Origin: Octopus vulgaris
Lineage: Eukaryota
DNA length: 64,000 bases
Assembly: GCA_951406725.2 (NCBI GenBank)
Contig: OX597820.1
Coordinates: 26,474,001 to 26,538,000, forward strand
Direction: 5' to 3'
The notes beneath the pieces are model-generated. The model ran no database searches. It was not told where the DNA came from and saw only the letters and a program-made list of their open reading frames with translations. How positions within the stretch are numbered: position 1 is the first letter of the stretch; each line of letters starts with the position of its first letter. The translations under genes and the position numbers were made by a program. Shown here piece after piece: positions 53,023-64,000 of the stretch.

Positions 53023-53131
53023 TATATATATATAAATATAAATATATATTATATTTTGTGAAATTTGATTTAGTATTTCTAAATTGAAGTTTTCCCTGTA
53101 AGTTAGGAATAATATTCCCTCAAATTATTAT

Positions 53132-53163
<32 letters not shown>

Positions 53164-53649
53164 AACACAGACGTGCACGCACACACACATGCACACATTC
53201 ACTGCTGGTATAGCTGTGTAGTTTAGAAGTTTCCTTCCAGACTACATGGCTTTGAGTTCAATCCTGCTGCTTGACATCTTGGGCATGTTATCTTCCACTA
53301 TAGCCCCAAGCCCACCAAAGCCTTATGAGTGGATTTAGGGGATGAAAACTGACAAAAGCCCATTGTGTGTGTGTGTGTGTGTGTGTGTGCTTGTGCCCTT
53401 GATTTGACATCTCAGGATAGTTGTAAGCATCAATGCATGGTGCACCTCTGCAAACCTGAGATGTGTTCAGTCTATCAGATGGGATTGATGAATGGCTGTT
53501 ACATCCACTTAGCTGTGATGTGGAGGCATTCATTTTTGTTATTTCAGTGTTTAGCTTGTTTATGAAAGGTGTTTTTTTTTCTTATTATAGCATTGGAAAG
53601 CGATTGTGTGAAATATATACTGTTGTGTTTTAGTATCAGAAGATTGAAA

Positions 53650-54395
53650 CAATTGCGCTGGCAGAATTGGTAGAGTGTCAGAAAAAATACTCTATTTCTT
53701 TTTACTCTTTATGTGCTGAGTTCATATTCAACTGGGGTCAACTTTGCTGTTTATCCCTTTGGGGCTGATCAAATAAGGTACCGGTGAAGTACTGGGGTTG
53801 ATGATATTGACTAAAACCCTCCCCTGAATGTTGTTGGCCTTACACCTAAATGAGCAACTATTATTATTTTTATTATTAAGGTGACAAGCTGGCAGAGTCG
53901 TTAGCATGCTGGGCAAAATGCTTAGTGGTATTTTGTCTGACTTTGTTCTGAGTCCAAATGCCGCCAGGATCAACTTTGCCTTTCATCCTTTTGAGGGTGA
54001 TAAAATAAATATCAGTTGAGCTCTGGGGCCAATGAAATTGACTTACCCCTTGCAAAATTTCAGGCCTTGTGCCAAAACACAAAAGGATTAATTCTGCCGA
54101 GGTTGACTTTGCCTTTCATCCTTTCAGGATCAATAAAATAAGTACCAGTGAAACACTGGGGTTAATGTAATCAACTTGTGGCAAGCTGGCAGAAACATTA
54201 GCACACCAGACAAAATGCCTAGCAGTATTTTGCCTGTTGCTACGTTCTGAGTTCAAATTCTACTGAGGTTGATTTTTGCTTTTCATCATTTCGGGGTCGA
54301 TAAATTAAGTACCAGTTGATTACTGAGGTTGATCAAATCGACTGGCCCCACTCCCTCAAAATTTCAGGCTTTGTGCCTATAGTAGAAAGGATTAT
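53650..54395 (+). mobile_element. Head-to-tail array of group B SINEs with (ATT)n spacers
   Basis: Four copies or fragments carrying the gcctttcatcc...gataaa..aagtacc block. Confidence 0.8.
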
Positions 54396-55808
54396 TATTA
54401 TTATTGATTGATTGAGAGAGCAGTGCATGCCATCATAGTGACACTGGAGTAAAATATACGAAGCCCAGTATACCTATCATGACTACCCGTCTGATAAGGG
54501 TCCACCAGGCACATGCATCCCAACTATGTGTGCATGACATGGTGATCTCATATCAAGATAAACAATGTATGACCTTGCAGGTGGGGCCCAGTTAGAATTT
54601 TCTTCAGGTCGAGTAGCCCATCCTGCTCAAAACGTCTCTGAATAAGGGTTGTTTAAGGATGTTGAATGAAACACCCATGTTTCCAGAGGTGAATTATTCA
54701 AACCCAAAGGAATTCCTCTCAGCATACGGCTATGATGCTCCTCCACTGCTTCTGCTCGTGATCAGAGATGCACATATTGTCAGCCACTAAGGGACATGCT
54801 CAACTGATTAAGGTCAAGCAACTGACAAGCAGATCTGTGGTACTGAGCAGGATGTTTGCTGTAGTCTATCTTTTACTATTATTATTACTATTTAGAAGGC
54901 TTGAACCATAGACATGCACAATCGAGTGACAAAATATTTTCTGCTTCCTTAGTTACAACCCTTTCAAATCCTGCTACGGTTGACTTTGTCTTTCAATCTT
55001 CTAAGGTTTTTAAAATAAAGTACCAACGAAATACTGGTGTCCATCTAACTGTCTGTTCCCTTGTTTCCTCCCCAACACCTCTGCTTCAAAATTTCCAGCC
55101 TTGTTCCAAAGTTAAGAATCAATATTTAAGAATTCCTGTTGTATTGTTGGTTGCATTATGAGAATTTCTCTGTTGGTTTCTATAGCGATACTTTTCTCGA
55201 GGGTAATTTCTCCAACTGAACACCACTTTCTACAAATCCAATTACCCTCCCCACCCACCTCATCCTACTCCTCATAAACCTACGTTCATTTAGTTGATGT
55301 TTCCATAAGCAATTGGACATTTCTCTGTTGTTTCTCTTTTACTTTTTCTTTTACAGGTTTAATGCTTTTATCCATTACTTCATCCATCCGTGTGTGTGTG
55401 TGTGTGAGCGTGTATTTGTATATACTTCTATATATGTGTGTATGAGTATATTTGTGTGTATGTATGTACATATGTGTGAGTATATTTGTTTGTGTGTGTG
55501 TGTGTATATATGTACATCTGTGTGTGTCAGTATATTTGTGTGTGTATGTATATGTACATGTGTTGAGTATATTTGTGTATGCACATGTTGAGTATATTTG
55601 TGTATGTATGTACATATGTGTGTTGAGTATATTTGTGTATGTATGTACATATGTGTATGTGAGTATATTTGGATGTATGTACATGTGTATTTGTGTATAT
55701 TTATGTACATATATGTATATGTTAATATTTGTGTGTATGTGCATATGCATGCATGTGCATGTATTTCTCATTTCTTTCACTCATTCTGTCTGTCTGTCTT
55801 TCTGTCTC

Positions 55809-55860
<52 letters not shown>

Positions 55861-56749
55861 ATTTAACAGCATGTACCCTAAAACACCTGTCTTGTCTCCG
55901 TTCCTTTTGATTTTATTTCATTGCTCATAGGTGCATGTTTTGTGCAGAAAGACCTTAATATTCTCATCTACACCACCCACTACTCTTCTTTCTCTCTAAC
56001 TGTCTTTACAAATCCCTTTTCCCTCTCACCTTTTCCTTACCCTTTCTATAGTTCAACTCCACCTCCAACCCTTTTTATCTCTTTATTGGCATGCTATTAA
56101 AAAAAAAAAAAAATTAATTTGTTTGTCCCTTAATTAATATAAAGATATTTGTTTCTTTTGAAATAGCTAATTAAAGAAAACAACAATACAAAATAATATA
56201 AACATAAAACAAGAAAACCAAAAACAAACAAACAACAACAAAAACCAAATATGGCTTATTTCAAGAATTTCTAGCATGGCTTATTTCAAATTTAGTTGTC
56301 TTGGCAATTTTGCTAGGAGATCTTGGCGGTAACAACAGCAGTAGCAGCAGCAACAGCAGCAGCAACAGCAGCAGCATGTGAAGAAAGAATATACAGCAAT
56401 ATTATTAATTAATTGTTGCCTGCGTTTTCAGGATTCCTTCAGATGACAGGTCCATATTTTATTTTATCAAGGAAGGGAAACAAAAGCAAAACAAAACATA
56501 ATAAATAAAAAAAAATATCATGAAACCACAACCAAGAAGTAACTCTTGTTTTCTGATAAGAGAAACTGTTGAAATCCTATACTACTACTACTACTACTGG
56601 TGTTGTGGTGGTGGTAGTTGTAGTAATGCAATAGTAACTGCTTCTGCAAACGCTGAAGGTTTCATACATTAGCAAATTGAACTCCTCAGGTTTGTCGAGC
56701 TGGCAAAGGAGCTGCTAAAATACTTGCTCGACTTGTTAAAAATAGCAAT

Positions 56750-57085
56750 GAAATCTCTCTCAAATTACATCCCCACTGTCTTGAAAAGTGATAGAGGCAT
56801 TTAGATGTTGTAGTTTTAGATGTGCTATGCCAAAGTAAAAGATGGAATGGTCATATCTGGAATGCTTTTGATCACAGGTCTGATAATTTGAAACCTCCCA
56901 CCCCACATGATGGCTCAGAAATCTCTCTCAAATTACATCTTCACTGTCTTGAAAAGGGATGGATGCATTTAGATGTTGCAGTTTTAGATGTGCTATGCCA
57001 AAGTAAAAGATGGAATGGTCATATCTGGAATGGTTGTGATCACAGGTCTGATCATTTGAAACCTCCCACCCCGCCTGATGGCTCA
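56750..57085. repeat. 168-bp tandem duplication
   Basis: gaaatctctctcaaattacatc at 56750 and 56918, high identity. Confidence 0.9.
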
Positions 57086-58033
57086 ACAACTAGAATTACA
57101 GCTTCATAGAAAAGCCTCTATGCAGTAGCTTGACTGACTGGAAATAACAGCCAAATTCTTCTGAAATCAGATGTTACCATCTAAAATAAAGATTTTCACT
57201 GGACATTGGCATTCCTTGATATACAAAAAGCTGGGTATAACGACAGCTGGGACACTTTTTATGATAAGCTTGCTTGATGAGGGATGTTTAGGGGTGAAAC
57301 AATAACAACAGGTTTGTTGTAGGGTAGTGTTTCTCTCAGAAGGCCACCTTCCCTTGAGGGTAGATAGTGTGGATTTAAAAATGGAATGGACAAACTCCCT
57401 TGTTTCACCAAATTAAAATGGTTTTAAACTTAAATATGTCCAACACCAATGGGTACAGACATGAGTGTGTGGTAAAGAGTTTGCTTCCCTGTAACTTAGC
57501 AGTTTGGCAAAAGAGACTGATAGAATAAGTACTAGGCTTACAAAGAATAAGTCCCGGGGCCGAGTTCTTCGACTAAAACTTTTCAAGACAGTGCTCCAGC
57601 ATGGCTGCTGTTAAATGACTGAAACAAGTAAAAGAATAAAAGAATCAGTTATGTGTTGCCCCTTGCAGAAATTGCAGGAGCTACTTAGACATTGTGGGCT
57701 CTTCTTCTGGTGGTGCCTAAAATCATTGCACTTTTGGAAACCCTTCCATTTTCAGCAGAATTTTCAGAGTCCTGTTACTCCTTAGCCCATGTGCTCCACC
57801 TGAGTTTGAGTGGAGCAGCAAAGATTGAATAAACCTTTCCCTTCGGAAGGGTTCCATCTGCAGTCTCTTGTTGACCACAACTACCTTGAGCTGGTTTCAG
57901 CTGCTATGGCTATCTCCTTGGTGGCTTTCTTCAGTTGTTTGGGTTCCAAAGCACTCTTCTTCAGTGCTCTGCAACCAGTATGCCATGGCACACTGGTGTG
58001 CCATGAGATGATGCAATGTGTGCTGCAATGTAA

Positions 58034-58294
58034 AAATAAAAAAATAATAAATACGCCCTTTTCTAAAGCCTAGCAGGCTCATGGGTCGGTTTCCTGGTTT
58101 CTATGGCATATGTGTTCTCCAGCTGGATGTGACACCAGTCCATCGCAGCATTATTCATTTTTGCCAGCTGAGTGGACTGGAGCAATATGAAATAGTGTTT
58201 TGCTCAAGAACACAATGCGTTGCCTGGTCCAGGAATTGAAACCACAATCTTATGATCATGATGCTGACACCCTAACCACTAAGCCAGGTTACCA
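58034..58294 (-). mobile_element. Group C SINE with 11-bp TSD nested in a decayed hAT-like MITE (~57962-58418)
   Basis: TSD ctgcaatgtaa at 58023-58033 and 58295-58305. Confidence 0.75.
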
Positions 58295-61200
58295 CTGCAA
58301 TGTAACCTAAATATAATTTTCCCCCCAATACTTAGCTATACTTTTAGTTCAGGTGTGCACTGAATTTTGAAAAGAATGTAAGTGTATCACAAGTGAACAA
58401 AACATTGTGGAGCTCTACTCTTCTGCACAAAATAATGCACTGATCTTGGTGAAAATCCTTGGCAGCTGATTTCAATAGAGGATAAGGCTGTGTGCTATCC
58501 TGTGACAAGAACCTCACCAGTAGGATTTAAACTCAGAATGCTGAATCCTGTATAATATTTAGACCAGTACTTCACCACTTCTGGTACTTATAATTAAACC
58601 ACAGCATACTGATGGTTTAATTGACCGCAATATATTATATGTACTTACATATTCTAATTAAATCTCACCCCTATTACAAATTAGGGAATTCTTAACTTGG
58701 AGGGATTGGAGTCAGAATATAATAGAGATGAAGCTAATCATTTTAAGGAATTACTGCTATTTTTTGACAGTGATTATAATAATAATCATCATCATCATCA
58801 TCATCGTTTAACGTCCGCTTTCCATGCTAGCATGGGTTGGACGGTTCAACTGGGGTCTGGCAAGCCCGAAGGCTACACCAGGCCAGTCAGATCTGGCAGT
58901 GTTTCTACAGCTGGATGCCCTTCCTAACGCCAATAATGACGAAAAAAAAAAATAACATTATGATAAAAATGCTAAGATAATTGATTTTTTGTTTGTTTTA
59001 AATGAAGGTCATATATAGACAATTAGTATGTTACAATATGTTTAGTAGGATAAATGCTTTAATGCTGTCCTATTGGTAGGATCATTGTAATTTTCTTATA
59101 GTAATAGTAATAATGATATAATCTTTTCGTGAAATATTAGGAGAGGAAGCTACTCATTTACATTGATCCCAGTGCCCAACCGCTTTTTATTTCGTTGACC
59201 CTGAGAGGATGAAAGTCAAAATTGTCCTAGATGGAATTTGAACTTAGAGCATAAAGACAGACGAAATGCCACTAAGCATTTTGTCCAGTATGCTAATGAT
59301 TGTGTAAGCTCACCACCTTAGTAGTAGTAGTTGTAGTAGTAATAACAACAACAATAATAATCCTTTCTACTAATGGCACAAGGCCTGAAACTTGTGGGGA
59401 GGGGGTAAGTTGATTACATTGGCCCCAGTACTCAACTGGTACTTAATTTATCAACCTCGAAAAGATGAAAGGCAAAGTCGACCTCAGCAGAATTTGAACT
59501 CAGAATGTAGCAACGGGCGAAATACCGCTGAGCATTTCATCCAGCATGCTAATACTTCTGCCAGCTCACCACCTTAGTAATAGTAATAATAATAATGATA
59601 ACAATAATAATTAATAATTCTTATATTATCAATCATAATTAATAATAATAATAATTAATAATAATTCTTGTATTATTAATAATAATATAAGCACAAAGGC
59701 AGCAAAAGAATTAAAAATAAAGTTGATCTCAGCAGGATTTGGGCTCTGAATGTAAAGTGCTGCAAAGAATTCCATGAGGCATTTTCTCCAATGCTTTAAC
59801 AATTGTCTGACAAAATACTTTGCAGTATTTGTTCTGGCTTTTTGTGTTCTATGCTCACATTCTGCTGAGGCCATCTTTGCATTTCATCTCTGGGGTTGAA
59901 AATTAAATTGACCCAAGTACTTAATTAGTTATTTTCATTAACTGCCAATCAAGAGCTGGATTTCCTGAGGTAGTCAGATTTGTTTTCAACTTTGTTCAGT
60001 TATCTTCTGTGACAACACTGGTATAAAAAGTGTATCTTCGCTTGTCCTTCTTTTGGACACTATCAATGATGTGAGAGGAGACCTGCCACAGGAGCAACCG
60101 TTGACTTTCCATAACAACAGTGCCCAGACCTGTGTACCAGAGAGGACCCAGTTGTCTCACAACTCCACCAACACAGAACTGAAGCAATATGACCTCACAA
60201 CACACAGTTGATGGTTGCTAAAGAAGAAGAAGAACAACAACAGTAACTAGCCATAATATGGTATAACTAACAGAACTGAACAACTGACTCCATGAACAAA
60301 CTTCTCTACAGTTGTTTTTATCTAACTCCAGGTCAATCCTGATTCAGCTGACCTATGATTAAAAAGTATTCCAACTATGATCATTCCATTAAAAATTTTT
60401 CGAGCAATAGTATATCACAGACTGTATTATTCAATGTATCCTATTAATGTGGTAGGTGTTGCTTGATGGAGATTTGATTGTTATTTCTAGAGGGCTGAGC
60501 AACCACATAAAGGTTTTCTTCCTCACTGGTTTTTCTTGGTTAAAACAATAGGGTGTAATCTGAGGGATTTTTGGCTGCTATATCTAGGAGGTTCCTGGTC
60601 TGGTTTTTGTTTTTAACTTGAGGTTAAATAGTTTGATGTGGCCTTCACTATTCTCTAAGAAACCTTACACATATGCACACACACACACACGCGCATGCAC
60701 ATGTATATAGACATACACATGGACAGTATATTTCTCTTTCAAGGAATGATCTCCGTTTGAACAGCATATATAATTATCCTTTTTTTCTATAGGCACAAGG
60801 TTGGAAATTTTGAAGGATCAGGGAAGTCAGTTACACTGTCCCAGTGCTCAACTTTGTACTTATTTTATCAACCCTGAAAAGATGAAAAGCAAAATCAATC
60901 TTTGCGGCATTTGACCTCAGAATGCAAAGATGGATGAAATACCACTAAACATTTTGTCCAGCATGCTAGCAAGTCTTCTAGCTTGCTGCCATAAACAACA
61001 TATATAAAAGATAAAAGCTGACACATGAAAGAGAACCATATTATCTCTGATACTCTTTCATTTCTTATTACAGCATTGGATAAAATGCCTTGTGATATTT
61101 GTTCCCACACTCTGTGTTCTGGGTTCAAATTCCACCAAGGTCAGCTTTGTTTCTCATTATTTCAGAGTTGATAATAAAAGTACTAATCCAGAGTAGTGCA

Positions 61201-61489
61201 TTGGTGGAACTATTTCTTATGTAGTTGGCATGAGGAAGGTCATCCAACCATAGAAAGCAAGCCAGATCAGACTGGAATCTAGTGCAGCTCCCCTGCTTGT
61301 CAGCTCTTGTTAAACCATCCAACTCATGCCAGCATGAAAAAAAAACAAAAAACTTTAAATGATGATGATTTAGAAGGTTGGGTGAGAGACATTGTGGTAT
61401 CTGGTCTCTAATCTGGCTCTTTGCACCATGACAGCAATACCTATGACGACACTTGTTTGTTGAGATAAGCATTAGTATCATGAATAAGA

Positions 61490-62095
61490 CCAGAGCATAA
61501 CTTGGTTTCCATGGTGTATAACTGACTGCAGTTACAGTAATGCACCCCTGAACAAGATGCTGGTCTGTTGCAGAGCCATCCTAATAACATTATAGGCCCC
61601 TGGGCAAATCAATGTGCTGGGATCTTCACAAAAAATGCATGTCCATGTACAGATGTGCATATATCAGTGGAAATCCTTGAGCCTCTCTAGGACCCATAAA
61701 ACCGGAACTTAACCTTGTTTCCATGATGTATAACTGACTGCTGTTACAGCCTTCACCCCTCCCCCCCTGAATGAGATGCTAGTCTGTTGCAAGGCCATTT
61801 TAACAGCATGATAGGCCCCTGGGCAAATCTATGTGCTGCGGCCTATTGTATTTATTTACTGTCAGCTGGACACAATATACATAAATCTAAATTGGGCTTC
61901 CAGATCTGCTAGGTCTCTGGGCAAATCAATGCACTGGGCCCTATAGTATATATTTATTAACAGTAAACAACAGCATACATAGATTAGAATGGGAGCCCTA
62001 GGATCCTGAGGCCTTTGGGCAAATTGATGCCCGGGAACCCTATAGTATATATTTATTGATAGTGTTATGGTATACATAGATTAGAATTAGGCCCC
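61490..62095. repeat. Degenerate tandem array built on ggcccctgggcaaatcaatg units
   Basis: Motif occurs four times (~61595, 61813, 61912, 62010); the first two units share ~130 bp. Confidence 0.75.
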
Positions 62096-62683
62096 TACTG
62101 GTCATGGAATTGAGATCACAATCTTACAATTGAGTTTAACATTTTACCACTATGAGATGTGCTTAGAAGGAGGTCCTACAATAGTTTAAAATGTGTACAC
62201 ACACACACACACACACACCTGTACATACATTATACACACACAAACACACATGCCCACACACACAAACTCAATTATGACTTCTTCCCTGCTTGCATTTTCC
62301 CCTGTAGTTATTAACTCAAAAAGATATTCGGGCTGGTCATTTACTGCCACAGTCTTGACCGTCTTGGATACACTTCATAGCATATGATCTCCATGTCCTT
62401 TTTCCCCTGACTAACTTATTAAAACAAAATAAGACTAAAAATGAAAAAATAATAAACAAACACATTACTAAACTTACCAATAAAAGAAACAAATACAAAA
62501 GAACAAAAATATGGCAAACAAACGTGGTTTTTTTTTTTGTTCTGGGTTTCCTTTTTTTCTCTATTTTTCAAATTTGTATGCCCCTTCCGCATGTTACTCC
62601 TTGGTTTTGTGTTCGTCCCCACCAATACTCTTATGGTCAGCTGCCCCCCGTTTTTCTGTTTCTAGTTCTCTCTTTGTTTTCAG

Positions 62684-62905
62684 ATACGATTCAAGTAGTA
62701 GTTCTGAAGAATCCAGTTCGGACAGCATAGACTTGGAAGAGTCTGGCTCTTTGAGTGGAAGCAGCAGCAGTAGCAGCAGCAGCAGCTTTGAGGAGGGTTC
62801 ATATGATGGGAGGCAGGGAAACATTATTTATAGCTGTAAAGATGATGAGGCAATTGCCCGTGGTGTGCCTGGCGCGAAGATGTTCGATCAGAACATTCGT
62901 GAGAC
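62684..62905 (+). CDS. KANK: KANK homologue, next coding exon (222 nt, phase 2-2): (G)YDSSSSSEESSSDS...MFDQNIRET
   Basis: Strong acceptor tctctttgttttcAG at 62682-62683 and donor AC|GTAAGT at 62905/62906. The join GG+A restores 'GGYDSSSSSEESSS', which matches the KANK 'GGYETTSSDDSSS' acidic Ser block that precedes the ankyrin region. Confidence 0.9.
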
Positions 62906-63179
62906 GTAAGTAATAAATAAGAAAAAATGTAAAAAAAAAGATAAAAAGAGGAGGGGAAAGAAAGAGATTGAGAAATGACAAGAGAAAATGTAATGTAAAA
63001 TATAAAGAATTTAATTGGGTTCACAAGATGGAGGTTAAATCGCAATTTGGAAGTGACAGAATTTGAGGTGGACATTTGATGTATTGAAGAGATAGAAGTA
63101 TTTTGTGGTGAATGTTTTTTTTTTTTTCGCTTTTGGATCTGCTTTGCAGGATTCTTTATATGAGTTTGTGTGTTGAAGC

Positions 63180-63430
63180 ATATTCTGTTGTGTCTGGGGA
63201 GAGTCATTTTCTTTTTGTGCCTTATAATGTAACACACCCACCGGTAAAATTTCCACTTATTTCCTATTTTTATTTTCCTAAAATTTTCGTTGCGGCTTAC
63301 AACCTTTTCAATAGTCTTGACTCTTGAAAAGGTTGCAAGAGGCAATGAAAATTTTAGGAAAATAAAAATAGGAAATAAGTGGAAATAAAGCACAAAAAGA
63401 AAATGACTCTCCCCAGACAAAACAGAATAT
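63180..63430. repeat. Near-perfect palindrome (2-nt loop at 63317-63318) with a ~26-nt bulge in the left arm
   Basis: caaccttttcaatagtc-tt-gactcttgaaaaggttg centre; arms extend to atattctgtt / aacagaatat. Confidence 0.9.
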
Positions 63431-63459
63431 TTTTTTTTTAAAGGAAAGATGAAGTAAAA

Positions 63460-64000
63460 GGTTTTGTGAGATGTGGTGAGATAATTCATGGAATGAATTA
63501 GGCCATGTGAGATGAAATGTGATGTTTCTGTTGCAATGGAAATAGATTAGGCATGAGATGATGAGATGTAACTGGAATGGATTTGGTGGATGAGATAAAA
63601 TGAGATGTGTTGAGAAATGTGGCAAAATAAGGTGTGAAGAGAAGTTTGGTAAAGTAATGTGGCATGTGGAAAAATATGAAATGATGTGGTTTGTGGGAAA
63701 AGTAACAACTTGGTTATGGTGTGTGGCAGATGATGATAAAATGAAAATGATATGGTGATTGGAAAAAAGGAAATAAAAGGTTTGGTGTTTGGGAAAAGGT
63801 GACAAAATGATGTGGTGTGTGGAAAATGTGATAAGATAATATATTGTGTGGTAAAATATGAAATACTGTGGAGCATGGGAGAGTGTGATAAAAGGATGTT
63901 ATGTGGGAAGATGTGATAAAATGATGTGGTGTGTGGAAAAAGAGTAACAAAAGGAATGGTTTTTTGGGAAAAGGTGATGAAATGTGGTGTGTAGAAAATG
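63460..64000. repeat. Degenerate purine/GT-rich minisatellite (gatgtggtgtgtggaaaa-like units)
   Basis: The motif recurs to the end of the window. Confidence 0.7.

Noticed and set aside
62824-63489. 221-aa minus-strand ORF
   Set aside because: AT-rich intronic sequence spanning the palindrome; no homology signal, and antisense to the KANK exon.

Overview
AT-rich, repeat-saturated animal genomic DNA. The SINE families, microsatellite density and gene structure point to a coleoid cephalopod, most likely Octopus; this is inferred from the sequence and not checked by search. One protein-coding gene is clear: a + strand KANK (KN motif and ankyrin repeat) homologue. It has a first coding exon at 23073-23124, a 5.3-kb exon at 27285-32592 (KN motif, coiled coil, VGVG/TQT-like motifs, Ser-rich repeats), a ~30-kb intron and an exon at 62684-62905. 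Splice phases are consistent across all three, and the ankyrin-repeat exons should lie beyond the window. The rest is intronic or upstream sequence filled with three tRNA-derived SINE groups, LINE tails, R4/Dong-like fragments, mariner, pogo, hAT and piggyBac-type MITEs, tandem duplications and microsatellites. The most interesting signal is four minimal type I hammerhead-ribozyme-like motifs with palindromic stem III, each in a different small non-autonomous element. One element is a tRNA/Pol III-headed SINE-like unit with a ribozyme tail (3624-3907), and another has a ~349-bp retrozyme/pseudo-LTR-like direct repeat (38895-39369). Long intronic hairpins and candidate alternative or micro-exons of KANK are also noted.
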